Virus record (IMG/VR): IMGVR_UViG_2521172628_000001
Span: 16,261 to 80,260 of that record
Length of the DNA stretch: 64,000 nucleotides
Source: a virus
Lineage: Duplodnaviria > Caudoviricetes
Strand: one strand, 5' to 3'
Under the pieces are notes generated by a model, which searched no databases, was not told the origin of the DNA, and was given only the letters and a program-made list of their open reading frames with translations. This document shows, in pieces, positions 44,763 to 53,233 of this stretch (position 1 is its first letter; the number at the start of each line of letters is the position of its first letter). The translations under genes and the position numbers were made by a program.

Positions 44763-46169
44763 TCAGGCGGCGGTGGCTTCGTCGCCGGCTGCGCGCTGGT
44801 GGAGTTCGCGGAGGGCGGCGGCGGCCTGTTGGCGGACGACGCCGTTGCCGAGGGCGCGCAGCATGGCGGCCCGCGTGAGGCCGGGGGTGTCGGTGACCCA
44901 GCCGTCGGGCAGGCCCATGAGCCATTCGGTGAAGACGGGGCTCAGTCGTCCCAGAAGGTCAGTGGGCCAGGGGGCGGGGCGTCCGAGGACTCGCTCCCAC
45001 CGTCGGATGGCGGGTTCGTAGTCACCCCAGTCGAGGTCGGGGTCTCCGTCGCGGAGGTCGAGAACTGTTCGACGATCCGCCTGCTGGCGGGCGGCAGTTT
45101 GTCGTCCGCCGGTAGGTTCGCCGGCCGCTCCCCCGTCACCAGCTTCGCGATCTCCGTCAGTCCGAGGCTGCTGGACTGTCCGCCGCCGCTGCGCCTGCCG
45201 TTGGCCGTGGATGAGGTGAGCGCCCTGGCGCTCTTCTCCTGAGCGCTCGTCGTTGGCGTCGGTAGCAGTCGAACCGCATCGAGGAGCGTCATCCCGTACC
45301 CCTCGCTGTACGGCGTCCCGTCCGGCCGGTAGTTCGCGGTCGTCCCCGGGAATGAGGCTGCTGGTGTCGGCAAGAGCTTCACTTCGCCCTGCGGCCGGCT
45401 CTCGTCCGTCCGCTCCGCACCCAACTCGTACATCGTTTCGGTCGCCGACCCACCCCTTGTGGCCCGCGGTGTCGGCAGCAGCGAGATCGCGGTCCGCAGG
45501 TCCATTCCCCCGTCCCCGTGCGATCCCGAACCGTTCGTGTCCGAGGTTCGCGGTGTCGGCATGAGCCGGCCAGGCGCGGATGATGATGCGGCGACGGCGG
45601 TGGGGGGCGCCGACTTCATCCGCTCCGAAGCGACCCCATTCCGCATCGAGCCCGAGGCTGGCCAAGTCGCCAAGTACGGCTCCGCATGCCCGCAGTAGAG
45701 GCTCAGAACGTCCGTCTCCCACGCAGTACGCGCAGGGTTCCATGTCACTGGCAGCCGGTGCCGAGAGGAGCCCTTCGACATTTTCGATGATCACCAATCG
45801 TGGTTGGAGGATGGCGACGGCGCGGGCCATGTGGGTCCACAGCCCGGACCGGGAATCGGGTGCGAGGCCGACGCGGCGGCCCGCCGAGGAAACGTCCTGG
45901 CAGGGGAAGCCGCCGGTGAGGATGTCGATGGGGCCGTGCTCGTCGAGGACGGCCTGCCAGTCGACCTTCGTGATGTCGCCCAGGTTCGGGACGGTCGGCC
46001 AGTGGCGGGCGAGGATCTTCGCCGCGTACTGGTTCTTGTCCTCGCGGCCCTTCTTGTCCGGCGGCTCGTACTGCGAATGCCAGATCACCTCGGCGTCGTA
46101 GACGTCCATGACGGCCAGGTCCAGGGCGCCCGTGCCGGTGAACAGGGATCCGATACGCAAGGCGCTCAC
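44763..46169 (-). CDS. DNA (cytosine-5)-methyltransferase
   Basis: SLFTGTG, GDI, GGFPCQD, ENV, PHRRRR, RLSP..EWLMGLP, LGNGV. Confidence 0.9.
   Translation of the reverse strand: MSALRIGSLFTGTGALDLAVMDVYDAEVIWHSQYEPPDKKGREDKNQYAAKILARHWPTVPNLGDITKVDWQAVLDEHGPIDILTGGFPCQDVSSAGRRVGLAPDSRSGLWTHMARAVAILQPRLVIIENVEGLLSAPAASDMEPCAYCVGDGRSEPLLRACGAVLGDLASLGLDAEWGRFGADEVGAPHRRRRIIIRAWPAHADTANLGHERFGIARGRGNGPADRDLAAADTAGHKGWVGDRNDVRVGCGADGREPAAGRSEALADTSSLIPGDDRELPAGRDAVQRGVRDDAPRCGSTATDANDERSGEERQGAHLIHGQRQAQRRRTVQQPRTDGDREAGDGGAAGEPTGGRQTAARQQADRRTVLDLRDGDPDLDWGDYEPAIRRWERVLGRPAPWPTDLLGRLSPVFTEWLMGLPDGWVTDTPGLTRAAMLRALGNGVVRQQAAAALRELHQRAAGDEATAA
44942..45781 (-). CDS. Nested alternative-frame ORF in the MTase with four L(L/M)PTP repeats
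   Basis: 279-aa open frame; TWPASGSMRNG; codons in this frame look more GC3-rich than the main frame across the variable region. Confidence 0.6.
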   Translation of the reverse strand: MSKGSSRHRLPVTWNPARTAWETDVLSLYCGHAEPYLATWPASGSMRNGVASERMKSAPPTAVAASSSAPGRLMPTPRTSDTNGSGSHGDGGMDLRTAISLLPTPRATRGGSATETMYELGAERTDESRPQGEVKLLPTPAASFPGTTANYRPDGTPYSEGYGMTLLDAVRLLPTPTTSAQEKSARALTSSTANGRRSGGGQSSSLGLTEIAKLVTGERPANLPADDKLPPASRRIVEQFSTSATETPTSTGVTTNPPSDGGSESSDAPPPGPLTFWDD

Positions 46170-46453
46170 GCGGCTTCTCCTTGCTGGGGTCGGTGGCTGG
46201 TGCGGCTGGCGGGGTTGCCGCCGCAGCGGGCGCAGGTGCAGGCGTCCGGGGGCGGGGTCGGGCCGGTGGCGGCGGTGCCGAGCGGCCAGCCGCCCGTGTG
46301 GGCAATCCGGTAGGCGGGGGCCGGGACCGCGGCCAGGGCGGGCTTCGGCTTGGCCGTTTCGGGGCGCGGGGCCGCGTTCACGAGGGCGAGCAGGTAGTCC
46401 TTCAGGTCGCCCTGCTGGCGCATGACGGCGATGTCTTCGATCTCGGGCTTCAT
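46166..46453 (-). CDS. Hypothetical protein
   Basis: Coupled to DnaB and MTase. Confidence 0.65.
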   Translation of the reverse strand: MKPEIEDIAVMRQQGDLKDYLLALVNAAPRPETAKPKPALAAVPAPAYRIAHTGGWPLGTAATGPTPPPDACTCARCGGNPASRTSHRPQQGEAA

Positions 46454-47826
46454 CAGGTGGCCGCCATGTCGACGAAGGATGCGTAGTGGAGTTGGGCGGC
46501 GACGGTCACGGTGCCGATCTGGCCGCCCCGGTGCTTGTCGACGATCAGATCGGCTTCGCCGGCGCGGGGGCTTTCGCGCTCGTAGGCGTCGTCGCGGTGG
46601 AGGAGAATGACGATGTCGGCGTCCTGCTCGATGGAGCCGGACTCGCGCAGGTCGGACTTCATGGGCCGCTTGTCCTGGCGCTGTTCTGGCCCGCGGTTGA
46701 GCTGCGCAAGGATGATCACCGTGATGCCGAATTCGCGGGCGAGGAGCTTGATGCCACGGCTGAGCTTCGACACCTCGTTCTGCCGGTTCTCCGCCTTGGG
46801 GGCGGTCATCAGCTGGAGGTAGTCGACGATGACGAGGCGGAGCCCGTCGGTGCGGACGTGCTGGCGGACCTTGGCCCGGAGCCCGGGCAGGGTCAGGTTG
46901 GACACGTCGTCGATGAACAGGGGAGCCGCGGCGATGCGCTGGCCGGCTTCGGCGGCGCGGGCCACACCGGCGTCGTCGACGATGCCCTGCTTGAGGTGGT
47001 GCAGGGCAACGCGGGCCTCAGCGCACAGCACACCGTTGGCGATCTCGTCTTCGCTCATTTCCAGGGTGTGGAGCAGGCAGGCGATGCCGTTCTTGACTGC
47101 GGCGGCGCGGGCAAACCCGGTGGCGATCGTCGACTTGCCCATGGCGGGCCGCGCTCCGATGACGACCATCTGGCCGGGCGCCCAGCCGCCGCAGAGCAGG
47201 GCGTCCAGGTCGATGAAGCCGGTCGGGATGCGGTCCTCCTTGGAGGGCGGGGTGATGCAGCGCTCCAGGGCCGCGCCGATCAACTCGCGGACGTGCTTGG
47301 CCTGCCGGGCGGCGTCGGGCTTGGCGACGCCGTCGAGGGCGTCCTGGAGGGCGGCGACGTCGGTGTCGGGGTCGAAGGCGGCGCTGTTGCCGCGGCTGGC
47401 GGCGTCATGGCCGAGGGCGACGATGCGGGCAGCGACGGCCTTCTTGGCGACGCGCTCGGCGTGCCAGGCGGCGGCGCCGGGCTGCGACCAGCGGTAGAGC
47501 TCGGCGAGTTCGTGCTCGGTCATGGGACGGACGGGCATATGGCCGTCGGCGTACCAGGCTTCGAGCTGGCGGGCGATGGGCAGCCAGCGGATGTCGCCGT
47601 GCTTGAAGCGGGTGCGGAGTTCTTCGACGGCGAACCACACCCACCGGTACTGCTCGGTGGTGATGTCGGCGGGGTCGAAGCCTTCGGCGGCGAGTTCGTC
47701 GACGATCTCGGGGCGTTCCATGGCGGAGGCGGCGATGACGCGTTCGGCTTCGACGTCGCGCGGCATGCGCGGGCCGAGGTCGTCGGGGTCTGCCGTGTCG
47801 AGCCACGGGTCGATCTCGGTGGTCAC
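46453..47826 (-). CDS. dnaB: Replicative DNA helicase
   Basis: GARPAMGKS, VDYLQLM, AQLNR, DLRESGSIEQDAD, KHRGG. Confidence 0.95.
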   Translation of the reverse strand: MTTEIDPWLDTADPDDLGPRMPRDVEAERVIAASAMERPEIVDELAAEGFDPADITTEQYRWVWFAVEELRTRFKHGDIRWLPIARQLEAWYADGHMPVRPMTEHELAELYRWSQPGAAAWHAERVAKKAVAARIVALGHDAASRGNSAAFDPDTDVAALQDALDGVAKPDAARQAKHVRELIGAALERCITPPSKEDRIPTGFIDLDALLCGGWAPGQMVVIGARPAMGKSTIATGFARAAAVKNGIACLLHTLEMSEDEIANGVLCAEARVALHHLKQGIVDDAGVARAAEAGQRIAAAPLFIDDVSNLTLPGLRAKVRQHVRTDGLRLVIVDYLQLMTAPKAENRQNEVSKLSRGIKLLAREFGITVIILAQLNRGPEQRQDKRPMKSDLRESGSIEQDADIVILLHRDDAYERESPRAGEADLIVDKHRGGQIGTVTVAAQLHYASFVDMAAT

Positions 47827-48536
47827 GCGGCCTCACCCCGGCGGCGGTCCGTGCCCTTGAAGACGACGCGCTGGCACATTTCGACGAGCCGGCTGGTGAC
47901 GCGGTCGCCGAGGCGCTCGGAGATCTCCTTCGGCAGCAGGTTGGAGGTGATGAGGGTCGGCATGTGCCGCTCGTACCGGTGGTTGATCAGCCGGAAGTTG
48001 ACCTCTTCGGTGAACTCGGTGGGCTTGCGGTCGGCTCCGAGGTCGTCGATGAGGAGGATGCGGGCGTCGCGGTAGCGGCGGAACTCGGCTTCGGAGTCGA
48101 TGCCGTGGCGGGGGCGCAGGGCGGCGTACAGGTCGGCGGTGGTGGTGATGCCCCAGCGGGCGGCGACGCCGGTGATGGCGAGCTCGCGGATGGCGCCGTA
48201 TGCCTGGTGCGTCTTGCCGGTGCCGGTCGGGCCGAGGAGGAGCAGCGAGCGGCCTTCGAAGACGGACGCGACGGGGGCGCTGCGCTCGGCCTGGTCCTGG
48301 CGGGCGGCGGCGATGAGCTCCTGGAGCCAGGCGTGGATCTCGGGGCTGCCGACGGAGGCGGCCCGGTAGTGCGCGGGGATGATCTTTGCTGCCTCGGTGA
48401 TGGAGTAGCGGGCGACGTTGGCCGGGTGGTACGGGTCGGTGTCGCCCGAGTTGAGCCAGTCGAGGGTGACGCCGCGGGCGGCGAGGAGCTGTTCGAGGTG
48501 GTAGCGCTTCGGGTTGATCGGCGGCGTCCACTGCAT
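47823..48536 (-). CDS. DnaC/IstB-like helicase loader ATPase
   Basis: GPTGTGKT, LLIDDLG, ITSN, DRVTSRL. Confidence 0.9.
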   Translation of the reverse strand: MQWTPPINPKRYHLEQLLAARGVTLDWLNSGDTDPYHPANVARYSITEAAKIIPAHYRAASVGSPEIHAWLQELIAAARQDQAERSAPVASVFEGRSLLLLGPTGTGKTHQAYGAIRELAITGVAARWGITTTADLYAALRPRHGIDSEAEFRRYRDARILLIDDLGADRKPTEFTEEVNFRLINHRYERHMPTLITSNLLPKEISERLGDRVTSRLVEMCQRVVFKGTDRRRGEAA

Positions 48537-48538
48537 GG

Positions 48539-49327
48539 CTATTTCCATCCCTGGTCGTATTCGGATTGGTCGTCGGGGTTGCGGTGCGGGCCATCTGCCT
48601 GCGAGGAGGCGGCTGGCATCGGGTCGTCGTAGCCGCCGTTGTTCAGCCAGGTGGCCGAGTACGGCGTGTACTTGGCGTCCTCGTTGCGGCGGGCGTAGGC
48701 GTAGGCCTTGGCGGCTTTGACGATCAGGTCCGGGTCGGCGCCGCGGTCGAGGGCGTCGCGCCATGCGCGCTTCGTCTTCTCGATCTGCATCGGGTTCGGG
48801 TAGCAAACCCAGAACTCGCCGAAGGTGGGCCAGCGATAGTCGCGCTGATCGTCAGCCGCCGGGCCTCGGTCGCGATCTTCTTTATGGGTTCTCTCTGGTG
48901 GCTTGCGTTTGTTGTTGTTCTGGGGTCCGGAATCCGGACCGGTGGGGGTCTCGTTTTCGGACCCCTGGGGTCCGGAATCCGGACCGGTGGGGGTCTCGTT
49001 TTCGGACCGGTCCGGATTCCGGACCGGTCCGGAATCCGGACCCCCTTTGCGGCGGTGTCCGACAGCCTTCGGCAGGCAGTACCAGGTCTCGCCGCGCGGC
49101 CCGAGCTTCCCCTCGATGACCTTCAGCTCGCCGGATTCGACGAGCTTGTCGACGGCAACCACGACGGAGGACCGGGCCGCGTTGGACCGCTTCACGAGCA
49201 GCGTCGTGCCGGCATACGCCGAGCAGTCCCGCCCGGTCGCCTTGTCGGCGATGGCGAGCAGTACGAGACGTGCTGTGCCCTTGGAAGCGGAGTGCTCCCA
49301 AACCCAGTCCTGCGCGTCGAGGCTCAC
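48539..49327 (-). CDS. Replication initiator (N-terminal wHTH)
   Basis: ARLVLLAIAD, FGEFWVCYP, ATWLN; upstream of loader and helicase. Confidence 0.85.
   Translation of the reverse strand: MSLDAQDWVWEHSASKGTARLVLLAIADKATGRDCSAYAGTTLLVKRSNAARSSVVVAVDKLVESGELKVIEGKLGPRGETWYCLPKAVGHRRKGGPDSGPVRNPDRSENETPTGPDSGPQGSENETPTGPDSGPQNNNKRKPPERTHKEDRDRGPAADDQRDYRWPTFGEFWVCYPNPMQIEKTKRAWRDALDRGADPDLIVKAAKAYAYARRNEDAKYTPYSATWLNNGGYDDPMPAASSQADGPHRNPDDQSEYDQGWK
48920..49044. repeat. Iterons / probable origin within initiator gene
   Basis: 44-bp direct repeat (48920, 48965) and four 17-bp palindromes GGTCCGGAWTCCGGACC (48924, 48969, 49009, 49026). Confidence 0.8.
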
Positions 49328-49483
49328 GGATCTCTTCTCTCGGAGGGGTGTCTCTGCTGGTGATTCGCTGTTTTGAGGCAGCCCTCATGGGGGCGGCGTT
49401 GCCCGTGGTGCTGGGGTTCCGCTCACCACTGAATTGTACAACGCGACGGACATTACAACAGGACTTGTGTGTATCCTGGTCGC

Positions 49484-49768
49484 ATGAGTGAGAGGAAGAT
49501 TCGCGAGATGGGCGTCTCCGACGCCCGCGCCAACATGACCGACGTCATCGCCGAAGCGCGGCTCCTCGACGTCGACTTCGTGCTCACTCGCCGCGACAAG
49601 CCGCAAGCCGTGCTCATGTCCATCAAGCGGCACAACCAGGCGCTCGCCCACGCGGACGTCATCGCGCAGCTGCGTTCCGTGTTCGATGAGGACACGTCGG
49701 TGGCGAACACCTTCCGTGCGCACTACTCGACGCTCTACAACGACGTCATGGCCACCAACTGGGACTGA
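49484..49768 (+). CDS. Phd/YefM-family antitoxin-like protein (no adjacent toxin)
   Basis: MGVSDARANMTDVI..VLTRRDKPQAVLM; TATCCT 6 nt before ATG. Confidence 0.8.
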   Translation: MSERKIREMGVSDARANMTDVIAEARLLDVDFVLTRRDKPQAVLMSIKRHNQALAHADVIAQLRSVFDEDTSVANTFRAHYSTLYNDVMATNWD

Positions 49769-49906
49769 TCGCATCTCCCCTCCTCCCTCTCCTCCGGCCT
49801 CGCCTGTGCGGGGCCGTTGCTGTGTCTGCTGCCGCCCGGCATGGGGTGCCGACGTGGTCGTCTGCGGCGATGGGTCAGGGCGTGCCGGGCGGCTGCTGGC
49901 CGGCGG

Positions 49907-50860
49907 TCACGCCGCCTCCCCGAACTCGGCGGCCGTCTCCGGGTGGCGGAGCAGCTCCTGGTAGAGGTGGGCCTTCGTCACGCCGAGGCGTTCGGCGATC
50001 TGCTCGATGTCGTGGCCGGTGACGCGCAGGAGTTCGCGGGCGTCGGCGGCGAGGGCGGCCCCGCGCTGGGAGGCGGCGCCCTTGGCGAGGGCGAGCTGCC
50101 GGAACCGTTCAGGGCTGGACAGGTGGCGTCGTTCGGCAAGCCACGCCTGGTGGGCGGTTTCGCAGCGGGGGCAGACCGGGATTGCGTTGATCGTGTGCAT
50201 CCACCAGCCGCGGTCGGTGCCGCACTCCCCAGTCCAGTCGGGGTGTGCGTCGGGGTCGTCGATGGTGTCGGAGTCCCAGGCTTCGGGCCCGGCCCACTGG
50301 TGCTTTGCTGCATAGGTGCGGCAGCGGGCGGCGCACCAGGGTTCGACGCCGTAGTCCTCCGCGGTCTTCGCGGACACCTCGTCGTAGAAGTCGCGGACGG
50401 CTCGGGCGAGTCGGGCTGTGACCTTGGTGCGGTAGCGCAGCCGTTCGAAGGTTTGTGCGCCGCCGACGTTCACGCGCCGGTGGACTGACTTGGACGGCCA
50501 GCCGGCGACCGCGAGGGCCTGCATGCGGCGGCGTGTTCCGGTTCCGTCGACGATGGCCCCGTCTTCGTAGTCGTCGAGGCTCGGCCAGTAGGCGAGGAGT
50601 GCTTGCGCGCTCTCGGTGCGGATCTTCACGGCGGGCGGGTAGCCGTCGTTGCCGTACAGCAGGTGCTCAAGGGATCCGATGCTGACGTCGGTGTGTTTGA
50701 CGATGCCGGCGAGCCCCATGCCGGAGGCTTTGATGGCGAGGACGTGTTCGCGGACGGGCTGGGCGTCGCTCCAGGGCTGCCATTGCCCGTATCCGATGAG
50801 CCGGCGGCGGCGTCGCGCCCACCGGTTCTTGGCCTCGCGGACTGCCTGGTCGGTGGTCAC
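49907..50860 (-). CDS. Putative DNA-binding protein (HTH and Cys motifs)
   Basis: GTRRRMQALAVAGW, CGT..CPRC, C-terminal IEQIAERLGVT. Confidence 0.7.
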   Translation of the reverse strand: MTTDQAVREAKNRWARRRRRLIGYGQWQPWSDAQPVREHVLAIKASGMGLAGIVKHTDVSIGSLEHLLYGNDGYPPAVKIRTESAQALLAYWPSLDDYEDGAIVDGTGTRRRMQALAVAGWPSKSVHRRVNVGGAQTFERLRYRTKVTARLARAVRDFYDEVSAKTAEDYGVEPWCAARCRTYAAKHQWAGPEAWDSDTIDDPDAHPDWTGECGTDRGWWMHTINAIPVCPRCETAHQAWLAERRHLSSPERFRQLALAKGAASQRGAALAADARELLRVTGHDIEQIAERLGVTKAHLYQELLRHPETAAEFGEAA

Positions 50861-51141
50861 GACTCGTTCTCCTTCCTGGCGAGTTCGGGGCAGATCTGCT
50901 GGCAGGCGGCGAGCAGCTGCTCGTCACTGCCGGGCTGGTCGGGTTCGGGCCGGGCTTCGAGGGCGGTGATGAGGCGGGCCGCGGTCTGGTCGTTGCGGCT
51001 GCGGTAGTCGTCGCGCGGCCAGAGCACCCAGGCGATGACGGTGAGGCCGGCGATCGCGATGCCCCAGGCGGCGAGCCCGGTCCAACGTTCGGCCAGCCAC
51101 GCCCCCGCGGTGTGCATCGCGGCGTACAGGTCGTGGTTCAC
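50857..51141 (-). CDS. Small membrane protein
   Basis: One TM helix; coupled. Confidence 0.6.
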   Translation of the reverse strand: MNHDLYAAMHTAGAWLAERWTGLAAWGIAIAGLTVIAWVLWPRDDYRSRNDQTAARLITALEARPEPDQPGSDEQLLAACQQICPELARKENES

Positions 51142-51251
51142 GTCCGCCTCCCGCGGAGCTTGCCGAGGATCCAGGCGGCGGCGAGGCAGGCGAGTCCGAG
51201 GAGGACTCCGCCGGCGAACGGCCACAGCGCGTTGTCGAGGAAGCGGTCCAT
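51138..51251 (-). CDS. 37-aa membrane peptide (MDRFLDNALWPFAGGVLLGLACLAAAWILGK...)
   Basis: Coupled at both ends; absent from ORF track. Confidence 0.55.
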   Translation of the reverse strand: MDRFLDNALWPFAGGVLLGLACLAAAWILGKLRGRRT

Positions 51252-51589
51252 CACGCGGCCCTCCCGCTGATCGCCTCGGCGGTGCCGCGCCACCGGCGGC
51301 AGGCGCTCTTATCCCGCGCCAACCCGAAGCCGTCGACGCGGACGATGCGGTCGCGGTGGAGGCCGGACATGAGCCGGGCCCAGTCGAACTTCTGGTTGGG
51401 CGGCTCGGGCAGGTCGTATTCGCGGGCGATCTTCCAGCAGAGGAAGGGGCGGCCGGTCTTGGCGACCTCGACGAACTTGGGGCGCACCTCGGACTCCCAC
51501 GCCTCGTAGTCGTCCACGGTGCGGCGGGTCGCGGACGGGGCTGGGGCGGCGAGCTCGGTGCCGTCGAAGGCGGGCTGGATGTGGGTCAT
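51251..51589 (-). CDS. Hypothetical protein
   Basis: GAGGAGG RBS. Confidence 0.7.
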   Translation of the reverse strand: MTHIQPAFDGTELAAPAPSATRRTVDDYEAWESEVRPKFVEVAKTGRPFLCWKIAREYDLPEPPNQKFDWARLMSGLHRDRIVRVDGFGLARDKSACRRWRGTAEAISGRAA

Positions 51590-51984
51590 GACGCGGCCTC
51601 CTCGCCGGGGAGGGCCAGGCCGAGGTGGGCGCGGGCTTCTTTGTCGAGGCCCTGACTGATGGCGAGTTCGCGGGTGTCGTTGATGCGCCAGTCGACGCCC
51701 TGTCGGCATCCGAATTCGGTCGTGTCGGACCAGGCGACGACCGTGAACCAGCAGCCGTCGACGAGCCGTCCGAGGACGTTGATGTCGGTGGAGCCGTACC
51801 CCTCGGGCGAGGTGGCCCACAGGTTCGCGACCTCGACGATGTGGCCCGGCTCGGGGATCTGGCTTCCCTCGTCGGCGTACTCGTAGAGCGCGTCCCACAG
51901 GTACTCGTCGAAGTCGATGCCGTCGGTGTCGAACGGCATGGACAGATCTGCGAGGCGGCCGTACAACGCCTTGTAGTTGGTCAT
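51586..51984 (-). CDS. Hypothetical acidic protein
   Basis: AAGGAG RBS. Confidence 0.7.
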   Translation of the reverse strand: MTNYKALYGRLADLSMPFDTDGIDFDEYLWDALYEYADEGSQIPEPGHIVEVANLWATSPEGYGSTDINVLGRLVDGCWFTVVAWSDTTEFGCRQGVDWRINDTRELAISQGLDKEARAHLGLALPGEEAAS

Positions 51985-52049
51985 GTGCTACTCCTTGGGG
52001 TGAGAGGCCGCCCGCGATTCGCCCGCGGGCGGCCGTTCGCGTGTGCGGG

Positions 52050-52865
52050 CTACTGCGGGGGCTGCGCGGTCTCGGGCCAGCCGCCGGCGGGTTCGAGCTC
52101 TCCGTCGACAGGGCCCTCGTCCTCGTCCGGGTCGGCCGCGTCCAGAGCCGGGGCCGCCGACCCGACCGGCAAGACCGTGTCGGTGCGCTCGGCTGGCATG
52201 GTGAGCCGTTCGGCAGATGTGGGCACCCACTTGCCGAGGCGGCGGGCCGCGGTCTTCAGCCACATGGCCTCTTCGTCGGTGCGCCATGGCGAGTAGTCGC
52301 TGTCAGCGCCGTCGGACTTGGCCTTGGCCCGGTTGATGTGGGTGCGGGAGAGGACGACGACCTTGGAGGTGGCGCCTCCGGCCATGACCGCGTAGGCGTA
52401 CACGCCGACGAGGTCGCCGCGGTCGCCGAACCAGTCGACGTTGTGGACGGGCCTCTCGTGCAGGCCGGGCACGTAGTTGAACTGGTCGTTGGCGCGGACG
52501 ACTTCGACGACGACGGAGGATGCGGCACCCGCGTTGTAGATGAGTTCGACGATGCCCTGGTAGCCGACGATGCCCTGCACCTCGGCGACGCCCTTGCGCT
52601 TGATGGGGCGCAGGTAGAACTGTTCGGTGCCGGGCTCCAGGCCGAGGCGGGCCGCGGTCATCAGGGCGGACATGAGGCTGCCCGGGTTGGACTGTGCGGC
52701 GGCGGCGAGCTTGGGGTTCTGGCGCAGCGCGCCGACGGCGAGGCGGGCGAAGGTGTCGACCTTGACGTGGCTGGCGGCGACGAGGGCGAGCTCCTGCTTG
52801 TACTGCTCGATGACAGCGCCGGGGCCCTGGTCGCGCTTCTCGATGGCGTTGCTGATCTGGCTCAT
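52050..52865 (-). CDS. recT: RecT-family single-strand annealing protein
   Basis: SLMSALMTAARLGLEPG, GYQGIVEL, SPW..DEEAMWLKTAARRL. Confidence 0.92.
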   Translation of the reverse strand: MSQISNAIEKRDQGPGAVIEQYKQELALVAASHVKVDTFARLAVGALRQNPKLAAAAQSNPGSLMSALMTAARLGLEPGTEQFYLRPIKRKGVAEVQGIVGYQGIVELIYNAGAASSVVVEVVRANDQFNYVPGLHERPVHNVDWFGDRGDLVGVYAYAVMAGGATSKVVVLSRTHINRAKAKSDGADSDYSPWRTDEEAMWLKTAARRLGKWVPTSAERLTMPAERTDTVLPVGSAAPALDAADPDEDEGPVDGELEPAGGWPETAQPPQ

Positions 52866-53233
52866 GCGGTGTGGTCCTTTTCGATCTCGATGTAGCAGGC
52901 GACGGGGTGGTGGAAGCGGGAGCGGTGGTCGGGGCCGTAGCCGAGCGACACGACGTCTTCGTGGCCGTCGCCGTCGGTGAAGCTCTGGTCGAAGAGGGCG
53001 GCGAAGCGGGCCCTGTAGTCGTCGCCCTCGTTTGAGGCGGCGCGGCCTTCCTTGCTGCCGTCGGGCAGGAAGGCGTAGGAGACGTAGCCGTTGAGTGCGG
53101 CCGGGATGGGGCCGACGACGAGCTGGCGGAAGTCCTCCGGCAGGGAGGCTCGGAAGGAGTCGATGTCGGGCAGGCCACCGGGCCTGAAGTCGACAGTGGT
53201 GACGACGATGACGTCGTGAACGATGGAGCCCAT
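52862..53233 (-). CDS. Hypothetical protein
   Basis: PDGSKEG motif; between exonuclease and RecT. Confidence 0.7.
   Translation of the reverse strand: MGSIVHDVIVVTTVDFRPGGLPDIDSFRASLPEDFRQLVVGPIPAALNGYVSYAFLPDGSKEGRAASNEGDDYRARFAALFDQSFTDGDGHEDVVSLGYGPDHRSRFHHPVACYIEIEKDHTA

Noticed and set aside
46486-48075. 529-aa plus-strand ORF
   Set aside because: Antisense shadow of dnaB and the loader gene
48920-49044. Possible mini-CRISPR or MITE
   Set aside because: In-frame within the initiator, identical spacers; better explained as iterons
50857-51251. Two small membrane ORFs as holin candidates
   Set aside because: Located in the early region with no adjacent endolysin
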